57,175 nucleotides of DNA from a bacterium (GTDB lineage Bacteria > Patescibacteriota > Patescibacteriia > Veblenbacterales > UBA10138). The notes beneath the pieces were generated by a model that saw only the letters and a list, made by a program, of their open reading frames with translations, had not been told where the DNA came from and did not search any database. Numbering within the stretch: the stretch's first letter is position 1; the number at the start of each line of letters is the position of its first letter. Shown in pieces: positions 32,030 through 44,156 of the stretch. The stretch is taken from the NCBI GenBank assembly GCA_020057885.1, contig JAGVEX010000020.1:1-57175 (forward strand), written 5' to 3'. Both the position numbers and the translations under genes were made by a program.

Positions 32030-32866
32030 TTAAACTATATTGAATAATAACTTAGCGTTCGCAGTAGTCGCACGATCAACTTCTTCTAGTTCTATATCCT
32101 TAATTTCCGCAAGTTTCTTAGCCACTTCTACTACATAAGCCGGCTCGTTGCGAGTGCCGCGGTAAGCTTGGGGCGCTAGGTAAGGTGCGTCGGTTTCAAT
32201 CATTATTTTTTCTAGGGGTGTTTCTTTAATTATTTTTAGCAGAGATGAGCCAACATTTTTAAAAGTAATTATTCCCGTAAATGATAATAAAAATCCTAAA
32301 TCTAAAAATTTCTTAGCCTGCTCTTCGGTGCCCACAAAACAATGACTCACACCCCGCTTGGGCAACAAACCTTGTTTGATTGATTTTTCTAATACTTGAA
32401 AAATATCATCATAAGACTCGCGGCTGTGGATAATAATGGGTAAATTAAGTTCGCTGGCTAATTTTATATGTTGTTCAAAAAGCTCAATTTGTTTAATTTT
32501 AACTTCTTCTTTGGCAACATTTTCCGGAAAACGATAATAATCCAAACCACATTCCCCTATAGCCACCACTCTTTTATTATTGGCAAATAATTTTTTATAC
32601 TTAGCTGGATTAAATATCTCAGCCTTGGTTTTAAAATGAATTTCTTCTTCATCCACTTCCTGCTCAAATAAATGAATGGGATGCAAACCAATTGCGGCAT
32701 ATAAATTATCATTTTCCTGCGCCAGTTTTACCGCTCGTTCGCTAGTTTTGTACTGACTGCCAACATTGATAATAGAATTAACGCCCGCCAATTTGGCGCG
32801 CGCAATAACCTCGGCGGTATCATCTTTAAAAGCTCGAAAATTTAAATGGCAGTGAGTATCAATCAT
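32030..32866 (-). CDS. tatD: TatD-family DNase
   Basis: IDTHCHL, GECGLDY, IHSR, ETDAPYL. Confidence 0.95.
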   Translation of the reverse strand: MIDTHCHLNFRAFKDDTAEVIARAKLAGVNSIINVGSQYKTSERAVKLAQENDNLYAAIGLHPIHLFEQEVDEEEIHFKTKAEIFNPAKYKKLFANNKRVVAIGECGLDYYRFPENVAKEEVKIKQIELFEQHIKLASELNLPIIIHSRESYDDIFQVLEKSIKQGLLPKRGVSHCFVGTEEQAKKFLDLGFLLSFTGIITFKNVGSSLLKIIKETPLEKIMIETDAPYLAPQAYRGTRNEPAYVVEVAKKLAEIKDIELEEVDRATTANAKLLFNIV

Positions 32867-32906
32867 ACTTAAAAACCCATAGGATTTTAATTTTAGACTT
32901 AAATTA

Positions 32907-33446
32907 TTACTGTGGTATTGGCAAATTAATTCCCGGTATGTATGGTTGCACCTGCTTAATAATATCTGGTAAAAGCGGTACTAAAATAGAAGCGATGGAT
33001 GTAAATTTCAAAGCCACACGCGAAGCAGCAATTGCTTCTTCCACCATAATTGGCAAATCTATTCTGCTGGCAAAATAAAGCGTTAAGCCAATTACCAAAA
33101 CTCCTTCAATTAATCCGAGTAGCGCGCCGGCCAAATGATTAATGGTTTTAAGAAAAGGAATGACAGATATAAAACGGAAAGATCTATCCAAGATATAAAA
33201 AATAAATCCAACTAAACGATTTGCTACTATAAAAAGAAATACAAAAGAAAGTAGTTCCACCCAAGCGCTATTAGTGCCGAGCAACATCTGCAATGGTCCT
33301 GTTAATTTATCGTAAAAATGACCAGCCAGCCAAGCGCCAGCTACTGTACCAACAACACCGCCCACCATATGAATAATACCAAACCAAAAACCAAACCATA
33401 CAAAACCAACCAAACTGAGAATGAGAAGAAAATCAAGGAGTGTCAT
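32907..33446 (-). CDS. CvpA (colicin V production) family membrane protein
   Basis: LLD..L..GFWFG..., NHLAGALLG pattern. Confidence 0.8.
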   Translation of the reverse strand: MTLLDFLLILSLVGFVWFGFWFGIIHMVGGVVGTVAGAWLAGHFYDKLTGPLQMLLGTNSAWVELLSFVFLFIVANRLVGFIFYILDRSFRFISVIPFLKTINHLAGALLGLIEGVLVIGLTLYFASRIDLPIMVEEAIAASRVALKFTSIASILVPLLPDIIKQVQPYIPGINLPIPQ

Positions 33447-33478
33447 ATGATTAATAAATTAAGTATTTAAAGTAAGGA

Positions 33479-34924
33479 TTATTTTTTATTGAGGCGAGGA
33501 AAAAGCGGATCGGCTTTGGTAATTTTATCAGCCCGCAATGCATCTTCCATTTTTTTAGTCGTTTCTAGCATAAATGGTTCTAAATACATTGATACATCAA
33601 GTAACATGGTACCCCACTTATCCAACAACAACTCAATGGCGTTCTCCTTGCCGTCCTTGGCCATTTGCCAAGGTTTAGTTTTTTCTATTTCCTCATCAAT
33701 TGAACTAATAATATTAAAAATTGCTAATAAGACAACATCAAATTTAAAATTACGCAAAGAGCTCTCAATGGCTGAAGCCACACCAGCGGTAAATTGATTG
33801 CCTCCTTCGCCTTGCTTAAAACGCCCTCGCCCAAATTTTTCTATCATATTTGTCACCCGCGAAAAAGTATTACCTAAACCATTAGCCAAATCACTCTCGT
33901 ATCGCTCACGAAAACGTTTTAAAGAAATATCACCATCGCTCTCAAACGGAACTTGCGATAAAATTAAATATCTGGTTGCCTCCACACCAAATTCATCTAC
34001 TAAATCATTCGGATCAATTACATTACCCAAACTCTTGGACATTTTCTGTCCATCAATAGTAAAAAATCCGTGGGTCGCAATAATTTTAGGCAAGGGCAAT
34101 TCAGCCGCCAGTAAAAGTGCCTCCCAAATAATGGCATGAAACCATAAAATATCCTTGGCCAACAAATGCACATCCGCCGGCCAAAAATCTTTTTTACCTT
34201 CGACAAATTGCGTGGCTGAATAATAATTTATCAAGGCATCTACCCATACATAAACAGTTTGACTTTCGTCCCATGGCACTTTTACGCCCCAGCTCACGCC
34301 TGCGCGCGAAATGGAAATATCTTCCAAGCCATGCCTAATTTTGCCAACAATCTCTTTGTAGCGACCATCCGGCACTATCTTGTAATCAGAATCATCTAAG
34401 GCTTTGAGTAATTTATCCCCAAACGCGCTTAATTTAAAAAAATAATTTTTTTCTTTTTGTGCTACCGGTTTTTGATTAGGATGCAAAGGACAAACATTGT
34501 TTACCAAATCATCGGTTTGTAAAAACTTTTCACAACCCACGCAATAAAGCCCCTCATACTCCCCAGCATAAATATATCCTTTATCATAAATCCGCTTTAA
34601 CAAATCCTGCACTACTTTTTCGTGTTGTGAATCAGAGGTGCGAATAAAATAATCATAATTTATATTAAGTTTAGACCATGCGTCTTTAAAAGTCTGCGAC
34701 GTTTTCTCCGCAAATTCCAGAGGTGTTAAACCGGCCGCTTCGGCTGATTGCTGAACCTTAGCACCGTGCTCATCTGTACCGGTTAAAAAGAACACGTTTT
34801 CTTTGCCATATTTTTCACGATAAAAACGCGCCAAAACATCAGCGCAAAGAGTAGTATAAGCATGCCCCAAGTGCGGCTTATCGTTTACGTAATAAATTGG
34901 TGTAGTAATATAAAATCTTGACAT
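33479..34924 (-). CDS. metG: Methionine--tRNA ligase
   Basis: YITTPIYYVN, HLGH, GTDEHG, KMSKS. Confidence 0.96.
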   Translation of the reverse strand: MSRFYITTPIYYVNDKPHLGHAYTTLCADVLARFYREKYGKENVFFLTGTDEHGAKVQQSAEAAGLTPLEFAEKTSQTFKDAWSKLNINYDYFIRTSDSQHEKVVQDLLKRIYDKGYIYAGEYEGLYCVGCEKFLQTDDLVNNVCPLHPNQKPVAQKEKNYFFKLSAFGDKLLKALDDSDYKIVPDGRYKEIVGKIRHGLEDISISRAGVSWGVKVPWDESQTVYVWVDALINYYSATQFVEGKKDFWPADVHLLAKDILWFHAIIWEALLLAAELPLPKIIATHGFFTIDGQKMSKSLGNVIDPNDLVDEFGVEATRYLILSQVPFESDGDISLKRFRERYESDLANGLGNTFSRVTNMIEKFGRGRFKQGEGGNQFTAGVASAIESSLRNFKFDVVLLAIFNIISSIDEEIEKTKPWQMAKDGKENAIELLLDKWGTMLLDVSMYLEPFMLETTKKMEDALRADKITKADPLFPRLNKK

Positions 34925-35139
34925 AAATATATCCCTATGGTATAGAATAACGTACTAATACAAACAAAACAATACTTAAAATTTACACTGAAATAATGTG
35001 AACAGATACGATTAATTTATCGTACATAGCTATTTAGGCCAAAAACCAAAAAATAAGCTTAAACCCCTTAACTTATTAATGGAGCCTCAGCACAAATTTA
35101 CTGAGATAGTTAAACGTTTACGTTACTCAGTGTTATATA

Positions 35140-35179
35140 CCGTCCGTCGCAAGTATCTCCCTTGTGACGGCGGTTTTTT
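35140..35179. terminator. Intrinsic terminator-like hairpin
   Basis: CCGTCGCAAG...CTTGTGACGG followed by CGG and a T run. Confidence 0.55.
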
Positions 35180-35180
35180 A

Positions 35181-35855
35181 TTATAAATTATTAACTGACA
35201 CTATTACTACAAACTCCCCTTTAGTTGAAGATTTATTTAGCTGATTCACTATTTCACTTGGCTCTCCTCGATAAATAGTTTCAAACTTTTTTGTAAGCTC
35301 GCGACACACCACTATATTACGTTTTGGCATCAAGCGCCCCAACTCCTGTAAGGCTTTTATAATGCGGTGAGTTGATTCATAAAAAATTATTGGATACTCG
35401 CTGGCAACAATTTTTTTAAAAAAAGTTTGTCGGCCCTTTTTGTGTGGCGGAAATCCTAAAAATAAATAATTTTGAATTGACAAACCAGCAACCGATAAAG
35501 CGACTGTTACAGCAGAAGGGCCTGGAATAGGAACTACATTTATATTATTAGCTATTGCCTGCTCTACTAATTTACCGCCCGGGTCAGATATACCTGGGGT
35601 ACCTGCATCAGAAACATAAGCCATTGCTTCTCCAGCTTTTAAACGCCCTATTAAACTATTTAAAATTTGTAAAGAAGAATGATGGTGATAACTTAATGTA
35701 GGAACATTAATATTATAATGCGCTAATAATTTTTTTGTTACTCTCGTATCTTCACATACTACAAAAGAAACACGCTTTAGTGTTTCTAAAGCGCGTTCAG
35801 AAATATCACTCAAATTACCAATTGGTGTGGCCACCACATACAATATTCCGTCCAT
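35181..35855 (-). CDS. rsmI: 16S rRNA (cytidine1402-2'-O)-methyltransferase
   Basis: VATPIGNL, CEDTR, SDAGTPGISDPG, RELTKKFE. Confidence 0.96.
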   Translation of the reverse strand: MDGILYVVATPIGNLSDISERALETLKRVSFVVCEDTRVTKKLLAHYNINVPTLSYHHHSSLQILNSLIGRLKAGEAMAYVSDAGTPGISDPGGKLVEQAIANNINVVPIPGPSAVTVALSVAGLSIQNYLFLGFPPHKKGRQTFFKKIVASEYPIIFYESTHRIIKALQELGRLMPKRNIVVCRELTKKFETIYRGEPSEIVNQLNKSSTKGEFVVIVSVNNL

Positions 35856-35867
35856 AAAACCTACAAA

Positions 35868-36941
35868 CTAAACCAATTTGCTAGAACTCTGATCGTTTGA
35901 TTCTAAATCAACATTAAAACGCTTATCACAAAAATCCGACACAATTACAGCCACTACCACAGCTACTGGAATTGCCATTAACGCCCCCACAATACCACCT
36001 ATTTTAGCACCAATTAAAATTACAATAATTGAAATTACAGGATTCAATCCCACAGCCTTTTTCATAATTGTTGGCACCAACAAATTATTTTCCAATTGCT
36101 GTATTATCATATAAGTAAGAAATATACCAAGCGCTTTAATTGGCGAAATAGAAAACGCCAAAGCCACCGCTGGTATAGCTCCTAGTACCGGCCCAACGTA
36201 AGGAATAATCTCTGTTAGTCCAGCCCACAAGGCTAGCACTAAGGCATACTCCATTCCCCAAATAGTTAAACCAATATAAGTCAACAACCCCACGACAAAC
36301 ATAAGTATAAGTTCACCTCTAAACCAAAGACCAAGTTTTTCTTGTATTTTACTCATAGTGCCAGCAACCTTGTCCTGATATTGGACAGGAGTAAGAGAAT
36401 GAACAAACTGTCTAACACCATTTTTTCTCACTATTAAGTAAAAAGTTATCACAAAAACTGAGACAAATTGAATTAAGCCGCCAAAAATACCGGCTAAGGT
36501 AGAAAATACTGAAGTAGTAGCGCTGGCTAAACCTGCTCCAGCCGATTGTAGCACTTGTTGCAAAGTAGCTGCCACCTCGTCGTTAAAAGCGCCACCCGCA
36601 GTCGAAAAGCTAGCAACCAATTTATTGTAATAATAAGGCAAATTATTCGCTAACTGACCTAATTGCTCCACCAGTGGTGGTATCATGAGGATAAGAATAA
36701 TTGCTAACAGGGAAAAAATTGCTAAATAAATAAATACAACACCAAGTGGTCTGGGGATATGATTTTTTTGCATCCAATCAACCCAAGGATCAAGCGCGGT
36801 AGAAAAAATTATAGCTATAAATAGTAAAGCCAAAACATCAAAAACGGCGTAAAAAAAGTAAAACAAAACAATAGCCAACAACACTTTAAGTAAAGTGGTA
36901 AAAGAGATATTAATAGTGCGACTAGTGGAATCTTGCGCCAT
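35868..36941 (-). CDS. AI-2E family transporter
   Basis: IIPYVGP, QQLENNLLVP..GLNP. Confidence 0.9.
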   Translation of the reverse strand: MAQDSTSRTINISFTTLLKVLLAIVLFYFFYAVFDVLALLFIAIIFSTALDPWVDWMQKNHIPRPLGVVFIYLAIFSLLAIILILMIPPLVEQLGQLANNLPYYYNKLVASFSTAGGAFNDEVAATLQQVLQSAGAGLASATTSVFSTLAGIFGGLIQFVSVFVITFYLIVRKNGVRQFVHSLTPVQYQDKVAGTMSKIQEKLGLWFRGELILMFVVGLLTYIGLTIWGMEYALVLALWAGLTEIIPYVGPVLGAIPAVALAFSISPIKALGIFLTYMIIQQLENNLLVPTIMKKAVGLNPVISIIVILIGAKIGGIVGALMAIPVAVVVAVIVSDFCDKRFNVDLESNDQSSSKLV

Positions 36942-36969
36942 ATATAAATTGGATTAATTTATAATTCTA

Positions 36970-38235
36970 TTATTTTAAAAATTTAAACCAAGTATCAGAT
37001 TTTTTAAACGGGCCAATAAGTGCTAAAGTAGCCTTTTTAAAATTAATCAATTCCTGCGCTACTTGCTTTACTGACTTTGCCTCCACTGCCTGTAAACGCG
37101 ATAGATATTGGTGCGGTGTTTCGCGACTATCTTCTAAAAACCACTGCTTCCCCACCCACTCAGCCTGCGAAGCAGAATCTTCCAAAGCTAAAATAAACCT
37201 ACCTTTAATATACTCCTTTGTGCGATTAAGTTCATCCCCCTCCACTCCACGGCTCGATATTTTCTCTAATTCTTCACGTATTAAGCTAATAGCCAACGGC
37301 AAACGCTTTTGGTCCAACCCAGCCTGCACTGCAAATAAACCAGTACCCTGATAACATTCTGTTCCGGTCCTAATTGAGTAACACAAACCCTCTTGCTCTC
37401 TTAATCTCATAAATAACCGCGAGCTCATATTGCCGCCCAAAATAATGGAAAGGAGTTCAAGGGCTAACAAATTTTTATGTTTCCAGCCATAACTCGGAAA
37501 ACCAAGGGCTAGTTGTACTTGTTCTGTATCTTTATAATGCAAAACTACTTTTGGCTTTTTGGGCTGAGGGACAAAAGAAGCAAATTTTCCCAAACTACCT
37601 TGTGGCCGCTTTACGCCAAATGTTTTATTTAATAATTGCGGAAATTTAGAATTTAATTTGCCAGCGGCTATCAACAACATATTTTTAGGATGATAATAGC
37701 TCTGCCAAAAATTAACAAGTTGAGACCGATTAAGAGATACTACACTATCCCTAGTACCGCTTATCAACTTACCTAAAGTTGAACCGGTAAACACACCATT
37801 TTCCAAAAGATCGCCTATATGCATTAAAGGATTATCCTGATACATATTAATTTCCTCCACAATTACTTTTTTCTCACGCTCCATTTCAACGCCCTCACAA
37901 CGTGAATACCACAACATATCTGCCAACACATCTAACACTACTGGCAAATGATCAGCCGCGGCCTTAATATAATATCCCGTATATTCTTTAGTGGTATAAG
38001 CATTATATTCCGCGCCTAATCCATCCAAAATTTGCGTTAAAACACGCGCGGTTGGACGACGTTCTGTGCCCTTAAACATCATGTGCTCTAAAAAGTGCGA
38101 AAGTCCGCCTTGTTTAGTATTTTCCAAACGCGAACCAACGCGCACTAACACGTGTACACAAACAGCCTCCGTACCGGCAACCGGCACAGTTATAAGAGGC
38201 AACCCATTGGGCAGCTTGGTGTATTTGGTCAACAT
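36970..38235 (-). CDS. M16 family Zn peptidase
   Basis: HFLEH inverted zincin motif, NAYT, SSRLF. Confidence 0.93.
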   Translation of the reverse strand: MLTKYTKLPNGLPLITVPVAGTEAVCVHVLVRVGSRLENTKQGGLSHFLEHMMFKGTERRPTARVLTQILDGLGAEYNAYTTKEYTGYYIKAAADHLPVVLDVLADMLWYSRCEGVEMEREKKVIVEEINMYQDNPLMHIGDLLENGVFTGSTLGKLISGTRDSVVSLNRSQLVNFWQSYYHPKNMLLIAAGKLNSKFPQLLNKTFGVKRPQGSLGKFASFVPQPKKPKVVLHYKDTEQVQLALGFPSYGWKHKNLLALELLSIILGGNMSSRLFMRLREQEGLCYSIRTGTECYQGTGLFAVQAGLDQKRLPLAISLIREELEKISSRGVEGDELNRTKEYIKGRFILALEDSASQAEWVGKQWFLEDSRETPHQYLSRLQAVEAKSVKQVAQELINFKKATLALIGPFKKSDTWFKFLK

Positions 38236-38242
38236 GTAATTA

Positions 38243-39643
38243 CTATAAAACTAATTTATCCTGCAAATATTTCGCAACTTCTGCCAAACTTATGCGCTCC
38301 TGCTTCATAGTATCGCGATCTCGCACTGTCACAGCCTGATCCTGCAAGGTTTCAAAATCAACTGTAATGCAATAAGGTGTACCGATTTCGTCTTGTCTGC
38401 GGTAACGGCGGCCAATGGAAGAAACTTCATCGTAAGCAGTCATAAAATGCGGGCTTAACTTGACCAATAAATCTTCTGCCACCTTAGTTAGCTCCGGTTT
38501 TTTAGACAACGGCAAAACAGCCGCTTTAATCGGCGCTAAAGCAGGGTGTAAGCGCAACACTACTTCCATTTCTTTGTTTGATTCAGTAGTGGTAGTGCGG
38601 CCGCCATCTATTTCAGTGTAAGCATCGCACAAAAAGGCTAAAGCGGCTCTATCGGCTCCAGCGGAAGTTTCTATAATCCAAGGTATAAAACTTTCGCCCG
38701 CTGCTTCGTCGCGATAAGTAAAATCGTGACCAGAAAATTTCGTATGTCGTGATAAGTCCCAATCACCGCGATTGTGAATTCCACCAAGTTCCTTCCACCC
38801 AAAGGGGAAATTATACTCTACATCAAAGGCCGCTTTGGCATAATGTGCCAATTCATCTTTGGCATGGGGGCGAAAACGAAGATTATCCGCTTTTATACCT
38901 AAAGCTAAATACCAATTTTTTCTACGCTCTTTCCAAACTTCAAACCAATGATCAGCCTCTTTGGGATTAACAAACCACTGCATTTCCATTTGTTCAAATT
39001 CGCGTGTACGGAAAGTATAATTTCCTGGCGTAATTTCGTTGCGGAATGCCTTACCAATTTGCGCAATACCAAAAGGTATTTTTTTTCTCATACTTTGCTG
39101 GACGTTTTCAAAATTCACATAAATTCCTTGCGCTGTTTCTGGACGCAAATAAATTTGTGAGGCAGTATCCTCCACCGCGCCCATAAAAGTTTTAAACATC
39201 AAATTAAAATCACGTTTGGCTGTGAGATCGCCGGCGCACTCCGGACATTTTAGCTCCGAGACATCCTTAGGCTCTTCTTTAAGATATTGCGGTTTTAGAG
39301 CACGTGCGGCTTCCAAAAGATGATCTGCCCGAAAACGTTTACGACACTTTTTACAATCCACTAGTGGATCGGTAAAACTGGCAATATGCCCCGAAGCTTC
39401 CCAAATTTTGGGATGCATTAAAATAGAAGAATCTAGCCCCACAATATCAGCGTTTTCCTGTACCATTGTTTTCCACCACAAACGCTTAACGTTGTTTTTA
39501 AGTTCCACACCCAAAGGACCATAATCATAACAAGAATTAAGCCCGCCATAAATTTCCGAAGACGGAAAAATAAATCCCCGGCGCTTAGCCAGTGATATTA
39601 TTTTATCCATTAACTCTGGTTCGGACTTTTTAGCCTTACTCAT
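38243..39643 (-). CDS. glyQS: Glycine--tRNA ligase (alpha2 type)
   Basis: [39 protein letters not shown]. Confidence 0.96.
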   Translation of the reverse strand: MSKAKKSEPELMDKIISLAKRRGFIFPSSEIYGGLNSCYDYGPLGVELKNNVKRLWWKTMVQENADIVGLDSSILMHPKIWEASGHIASFTDPLVDCKKCRKRFRADHLLEAARALKPQYLKEEPKDVSELKCPECAGDLTAKRDFNLMFKTFMGAVEDTASQIYLRPETAQGIYVNFENVQQSMRKKIPFGIAQIGKAFRNEITPGNYTFRTREFEQMEMQWFVNPKEADHWFEVWKERRKNWYLALGIKADNLRFRPHAKDELAHYAKAAFDVEYNFPFGWKELGGIHNRGDWDLSRHTKFSGHDFTYRDEAAGESFIPWIIETSAGADRAALAFLCDAYTEIDGGRTTTTESNKEMEVVLRLHPALAPIKAAVLPLSKKPELTKVAEDLLVKLSPHFMTAYDEVSSIGRRYRRQDEIGTPYCITVDFETLQDQAVTVRDRDTMKQERISLAEVAKYLQDKLVL

Positions 39644-39734
39644 AATAAATATACTTTAACAAGTTTTAAAGCTTTTGGCAAATATAAAACTGCCGTTATG
39701 AAAGAACATAACGGCAGGTGTATAATTTGGAAGA

Positions 39735-40175
39735 CTACTTCCTTAAAAATTTTTTGACGTTTTCTACTACCTCCTCAACTGTAAGATAATTTGTTATTTG
39801 TTTCCTAAAAACTGTGGTAATTAATCCTTCTTCTAAAAAGGACCTTGTCTTGTTTGGGTCAACATATGATAATGGCCAAATTGCCATTATAGGAGCTCCG
39901 GCAGTTAAACTTTTGAGTGATTTTATCCTCTTTTGATCTACTATCCCCAAAGGAGATTTCTCAGATAAAGAAAAAATTACCACACTGGGTTTAAATGAAC
40001 CCATATTTGCACTCTGCTGACTCTGGCTTATCCCATTGATACCCCTTATGATTTTTTTAATTTCAGACAACTTATTACCACTAACATGCGCTCGGTGGCC
40101 CAGTTTAATAATTCCATGAGCCATATCCTCACGTAACACTGGTATACTTTCACAAATAAAAACGAATTCTGACAT
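39735..40175 (-). CDS. Hypothetical protein (possibly degenerate receiver-like fold)
   Basis: 146-aa ORF with GAGG RBS; alternating beta/alpha pattern. Confidence 0.5.
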   Translation of the reverse strand: MSEFVFICESIPVLREDMAHGIIKLGHRAHVSGNKLSEIKKIIRGINGISQSQQSANMGSFKPSVVIFSLSEKSPLGIVDQKRIKSLKSLTAGAPIMAIWPLSYVDPNKTRSFLEEGLITTVFRKQITNYLTVEEVVENVKKFLRK

Positions 40176-40336
40176 AATGATTACCTCTTTTTTATGTTAA
40201 TGTTTTTGTTGTTTTATTTACAATTATTTTATTTCATAATATCTTACTTTAAATCAAAATAAATGTCAAATGATAATAACCCATACCATTTATTTAAAAA
40301 ATTAATCAATTCAACTATTTTATAAATACAACATCT

Positions 40337-41083
40337 TTAAGCGGCCACGCTATAGTTTGATTGTTTAGCCAAACGTGTTGCAAGTTGCTGTTTCAGCCTA
40401 TCAACACCTTCATGATAATAATTTTCATCATTTACCAAACGCTCATATTCATTCTTAACATCGTTTGGTAGTTTATCAAATTTATCTAAAATATTTTCCA
40501 TACTTTGTCGCTGTTCTTTTGAAACTGACACAACCTGAGAATTATCCTTTGCTTTTTTATATTCCAACGTTTCTTTAAGCGCCTGGCGTTCGGCAATTAA
40601 TTTTAGCAATTTTTCGTCTTCGGGTGCGCGAAACAAATCAACACGAGGCGTAGGAATATCTTTACCCCTATCCCCTAAAGCAATTATTCTTTCTACCTCC
40701 TCGTCGGCTTTTTTTAATTGTTCTTCAACTTGTGGATTAACCCATGGAATTTCCACCCCTTGCCGCCTTAATTTTAATCCAAGAGTTGCCACTTGCCGCA
40801 ATGCCTCATGACTATCATTAAGTATCTCAATTCTTTTGGGGTCGCCACTTGGCACCCACATAGAAAAAACTCTTTCTAAATCTTCAAATATTTTTTTATG
40901 TAACATTAAATCAACAAAAACGTGATAAAGTTGCCGTTCTTCTGATAACATATTTTTTTCACCCTTAACCAGAGCGTCAAAAATATGTTCATCTAACTCT
41001 ATCCGTTCAGTTTTTAATTCAGCGACCTCAGGATTAAATGAAGTTGATACGTTTAAATTAGATTCAGTTGATTCGCGAAACAT
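40337..41083 (-). CDS. Hypothetical helical protein
   Basis: 248-aa ORF directly downstream of the Clp ATPase. Confidence 0.6.
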   Translation of the reverse strand: MFRESTESNLNVSTSFNPEVAELKTERIELDEHIFDALVKGEKNMLSEERQLYHVFVDLMLHKKIFEDLERVFSMWVPSGDPKRIEILNDSHEALRQVATLGLKLRRQGVEIPWVNPQVEEQLKKADEEVERIIALGDRGKDIPTPRVDLFRAPEDEKLLKLIAERQALKETLEYKKAKDNSQVVSVSKEQRQSMENILDKFDKLPNDVKNEYERLVNDENYYHEGVDRLKQQLATRLAKQSNYSVAA

Positions 41084-41087
41084 AATT

Positions 41088-43643
41088 TTATAATTTGCCA
41101 GCTTTTTCTACCCTTACCACCCCTCCCGGCTCCAACATTACCAAATCTCGACGGGTTAATTTACCAGTCAACAAATGGGTGGCCAAAGCATTATCTACAT
41201 TTTCTTGAATCACGCGGCGCAATGGCCTAGCCCCAAACAAAGGATCAAAACCCTTAATAGCAAGCTCTCTAATGGCTTCAGGCGAAGCGTGAAAATGAAT
41301 ACCCTTGGCTTCCAACCCAAAAGCTAATTTACCAATTAAAAGTTCGGTTACTTTTTCCACCTCTGTCATAGTTAAAGGCTTAAACAACACAATGCCGTCA
41401 AAACGATTTAAAAATTCTGGTCTAAAGTATTGTTGTAATCCATCCTCCAGTAATGTTTTACGAATTTGTTCTAATGGTACTTTATTTTTAATTTGTTCTT
41501 GAATGGTTTGTGTACCAGCATTTGAGGTGGCAATAATAATACAATTGGTAAAATCTATAGTGCGGCCAGAAGCATCTGTTAATCGGCCATCATCCAAGAG
41601 TTGTAAAAATACATTCAAAATATCGGGGTGTGCCTTTTCTATTTCGTCAAGCAATATTAAAGAATAAGGCTGGCGGCGTACAGCTTCTGTTAAAAGGCCG
41701 GCGCTATCTCCTACTCCAGCTGGCGCGCCAATTAAACGATACAAACTTTCCGCTGTTTGATATTCCGACATATCCAGACGCACCATTTTATTTTCGCCGC
41801 CAAAATATTCTGCTGCCACCACTTTAGCCAGTTCGGTTTTACCAACACCCGTAGGCCCTAAAAATAAGAACGAAGCAATGGGACGTTTTTGATCGCGCAA
41901 ATTCACACGCGCGCGACGCAGGGCCTGCGCCACCAAATCAACCGCCTCCTCTTGCCCCACAATACGCTGGTGTAAAATTTCTTCCAAATGCAACAACTTT
42001 TCACCCTCCGACTGTGTAACTTGCGTTAATGGCACGTGAACTTTTAGGGCCAACACTTGGGCGACGTCGTCGGCTGTAACTGCCTGATGCTTACCTTTGT
42101 GCTCACGAGCGTAAATAGCTACCTCTTCTATAAGTTTAATTGCCTTTTCTGGCAAAAAACGCTCTGGTAAATATTTACGTGAAAGTTTCACAGCTGTTTC
42201 CAAGGCACCATAAGAAAAAAATATTCCGTGCTCCGACTCTAGCGCTGGCACGCGAGACTCCAACACTTGAATGGAGTTATCATCGTCTAATTCCTTAATC
42301 TCCACTGGCTGCAAAACCTGCCCCAAAGAAGTGGCCGACACAACCTCCTGCCATTCTTTTTTACCAGTATTGGTAATTAACAAAATATGATTCTTACTAA
42401 TGGTATTTACTAAAATCTCAGATAAACTGATTTCTCCCTCACTATGATTATTTAATAAGAGATGGATATTTTCAATCGCTAATACAATATTTCCAGCTCT
42501 AATAATTTCAGTGAGCGCGTGCAATAAACGCTCACTAGCTTGATTAGGAGTAACACCGCTTAAAAGCTGTGGCAAAGAAAGTTGAACTAAGTGTTTATCT
42601 TTTAATAATTCAGGAACTTCTTCTGCCGCCATAGCTTGGGCTATACCTTCTAACATTGAAGTTTTACCCACACCAGGCTCCCCTATTAAAACAATACTCC
42701 CATGTCCGCCCTCCATAATTCGATAAGTCTCTTTTATTTCGTTGTCTCTCCCTACACAAGGCGCTAAATAACCCTTGGCCGCTAACATGGTAAGGTCACG
42801 CGATACTTTGTTTAAAAATGGCGTGGCGGCGGCCAAATAAGCACGATCAAGCGAATGCTTTGGCCTAGCGCCAGCACGGTGACTACGACGACTATATTCC
42901 GATAATAATTTGTGCCTCAAACTAAACCAACTTGTAATATTAGCTATGGCCTGCTGTTCAATTGCCAGTTCCTCTAATACATCTCGTACTACGGTGTCGC
43001 TTTTAGTTATAGCTAACAAAACCTCACTAGCATCCACGTGGTGCGCGCGACGCGATACCGCCAACCTGCCGGCCTCCAGTAATACTGTGCGACTATTTAA
43101 AGAAAGTTGCGGATGTTTGCCTTGCGGCAAAGTTACCATAGCGTGCCGCAGAGTGGATATAAGTTTATCCCATGGTACACCCAGGCGTACAAATAAACGT
43201 TGACCTGTGCGGTATTTTAAAGCGGCTGCTAATAAATGAAGCGGCTCTACCTGAGCGTGCTTTAACCGAACAGCGTAACGAAAGGCTTGTTCTAATACAT
43301 GCCAAACTTCTTCTGTTAAATATTTATCAACCACAATCGTTTCTGCCAGTTGAGGCTGAGGTATTGGAGGGTACCAAGCGCGCTCTCGATCTAAACGATA
43401 CCAAGCATAAGCCACAAATAAAATCCCCCACCAAAACAAATGGGCTCCTGGGGTTGGTGGAAAAAATATTTGCCATGAATAACCCTGCTCAACCAACGGC
43501 AAAGAACGTAAAATAAATACTATCCAAAATTTCAGTACTATTATGAGAGATAAAAAAGCCGCCAATCTATATACCAAAAGGCGAAGGTGTCTGAATTTTA
43601 AATCAGCCAATGAATAATTATAATGCCAAGTAAATTCTGCCAC
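41088..43643 (-). CDS. Clp/Hsp100 ATPase with N-terminal transmembrane segments
   Basis: Clp-N repeats, [39 protein letters not shown]. Confidence 0.92.
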   Translation of the reverse strand: MAEFTWHYNYSLADLKFRHLRLLVYRLAAFLSLIIVLKFWIVFILRSLPLVEQGYSWQIFFPPTPGAHLFWWGILFVAYAWYRLDRERAWYPPIPQPQLAETIVVDKYLTEEVWHVLEQAFRYAVRLKHAQVEPLHLLAAALKYRTGQRLFVRLGVPWDKLISTLRHAMVTLPQGKHPQLSLNSRTVLLEAGRLAVSRRAHHVDASEVLLAITKSDTVVRDVLEELAIEQQAIANITSWFSLRHKLLSEYSRRSHRAGARPKHSLDRAYLAAATPFLNKVSRDLTMLAAKGYLAPCVGRDNEIKETYRIMEGGHGSIVLIGEPGVGKTSMLEGIAQAMAAEEVPELLKDKHLVQLSLPQLLSGVTPNQASERLLHALTEIIRAGNIVLAIENIHLLLNNHSEGEISLSEILVNTISKNHILLITNTGKKEWQEVVSATSLGQVLQPVEIKELDDDNSIQVLESRVPALESEHGIFFSYGALETAVKLSRKYLPERFLPEKAIKLIEEVAIYAREHKGKHQAVTADDVAQVLALKVHVPLTQVTQSEGEKLLHLEEILHQRIVGQEEAVDLVAQALRRARVNLRDQKRPIASFLFLGPTGVGKTELAKVVAAEYFGGENKMVRLDMSEYQTAESLYRLIGAPAGVGDSAGLLTEAVRRQPYSLILLDEIEKAHPDILNVFLQLLDDGRLTDASGRTIDFTNCIIIATSNAGTQTIQEQIKNKVPLEQIRKTLLEDGLQQYFRPEFLNRFDGIVLFKPLTMTEVEKVTELLIGKLAFGLEAKGIHFHASPEAIRELAIKGFDPLFGARPLRRVIQENVDNALATHLLTGKLTRRDLVMLEPGGVVRVEKAGKL

Positions 43644-43654
43644 AAAATTATAAA

Positions 43655-44014
43655 TTAATTAACACGACTTAAAAGCATAATTATGGTTAGTGGAAAAAGC
43701 AAACACCAGCCAAGTAGTATAATAAAATACCATACTGCCGCTACTAATAAACGAATGAATTTAGCAACTAAGATAACTAATCGGGTAATCAAACTAATAG
43801 CTCGGCCAGATTTAGAATAATCCCCGTACATAGGGGTGAATAAGTGTTTGACAAAAAGCTTCAAACTTAAACGCCAGGCCGTCTCTTGCAAACCGCGCTT
43901 GCACCAAAGGCCAACCAATAATAATCCTCCGGTGTACCACCAATAAGGAAAACGCACTACATCAAGCAAAAATTCAAATATAAGCTGGCTTAGCTGTTTT
44001 AGCATTAAGGGCAT
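43655..44014 (-). CDS. Membrane protein preceding the Clp ATPase
   Basis: Hydrophobic; P.WWY and LFTPMYGDY..GR motifs. Confidence 0.7.
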   Translation of the reverse strand: MPLMLKQLSQLIFEFLLDVVRFPYWWYTGGLLLVGLWCKRGLQETAWRLSLKLFVKHLFTPMYGDYSKSGRAISLITRLVILVAKFIRLLVAAVWYFIILLGWCLLFPLTIIMLLSRVN

Positions 44015-44156
44015 ATGTATTTATTATAATGTTTTTTGGCTAAAAATAACAGATTTTGTAAAACTAACCGCCCCACCTGTAAACCTTGACTTTTGTACCC
44101 AAAAACTGTTAAGGTATGTTCAAATAAAACTAAAAAATAGGCTAAGGAGATAATAA

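Noticed and set aside
35079..35186. SAM riboswitch or small ORF upstream of metG
   Set aside because: No S-box core motifs recognised; the hairpin is adequately explained as a terminator
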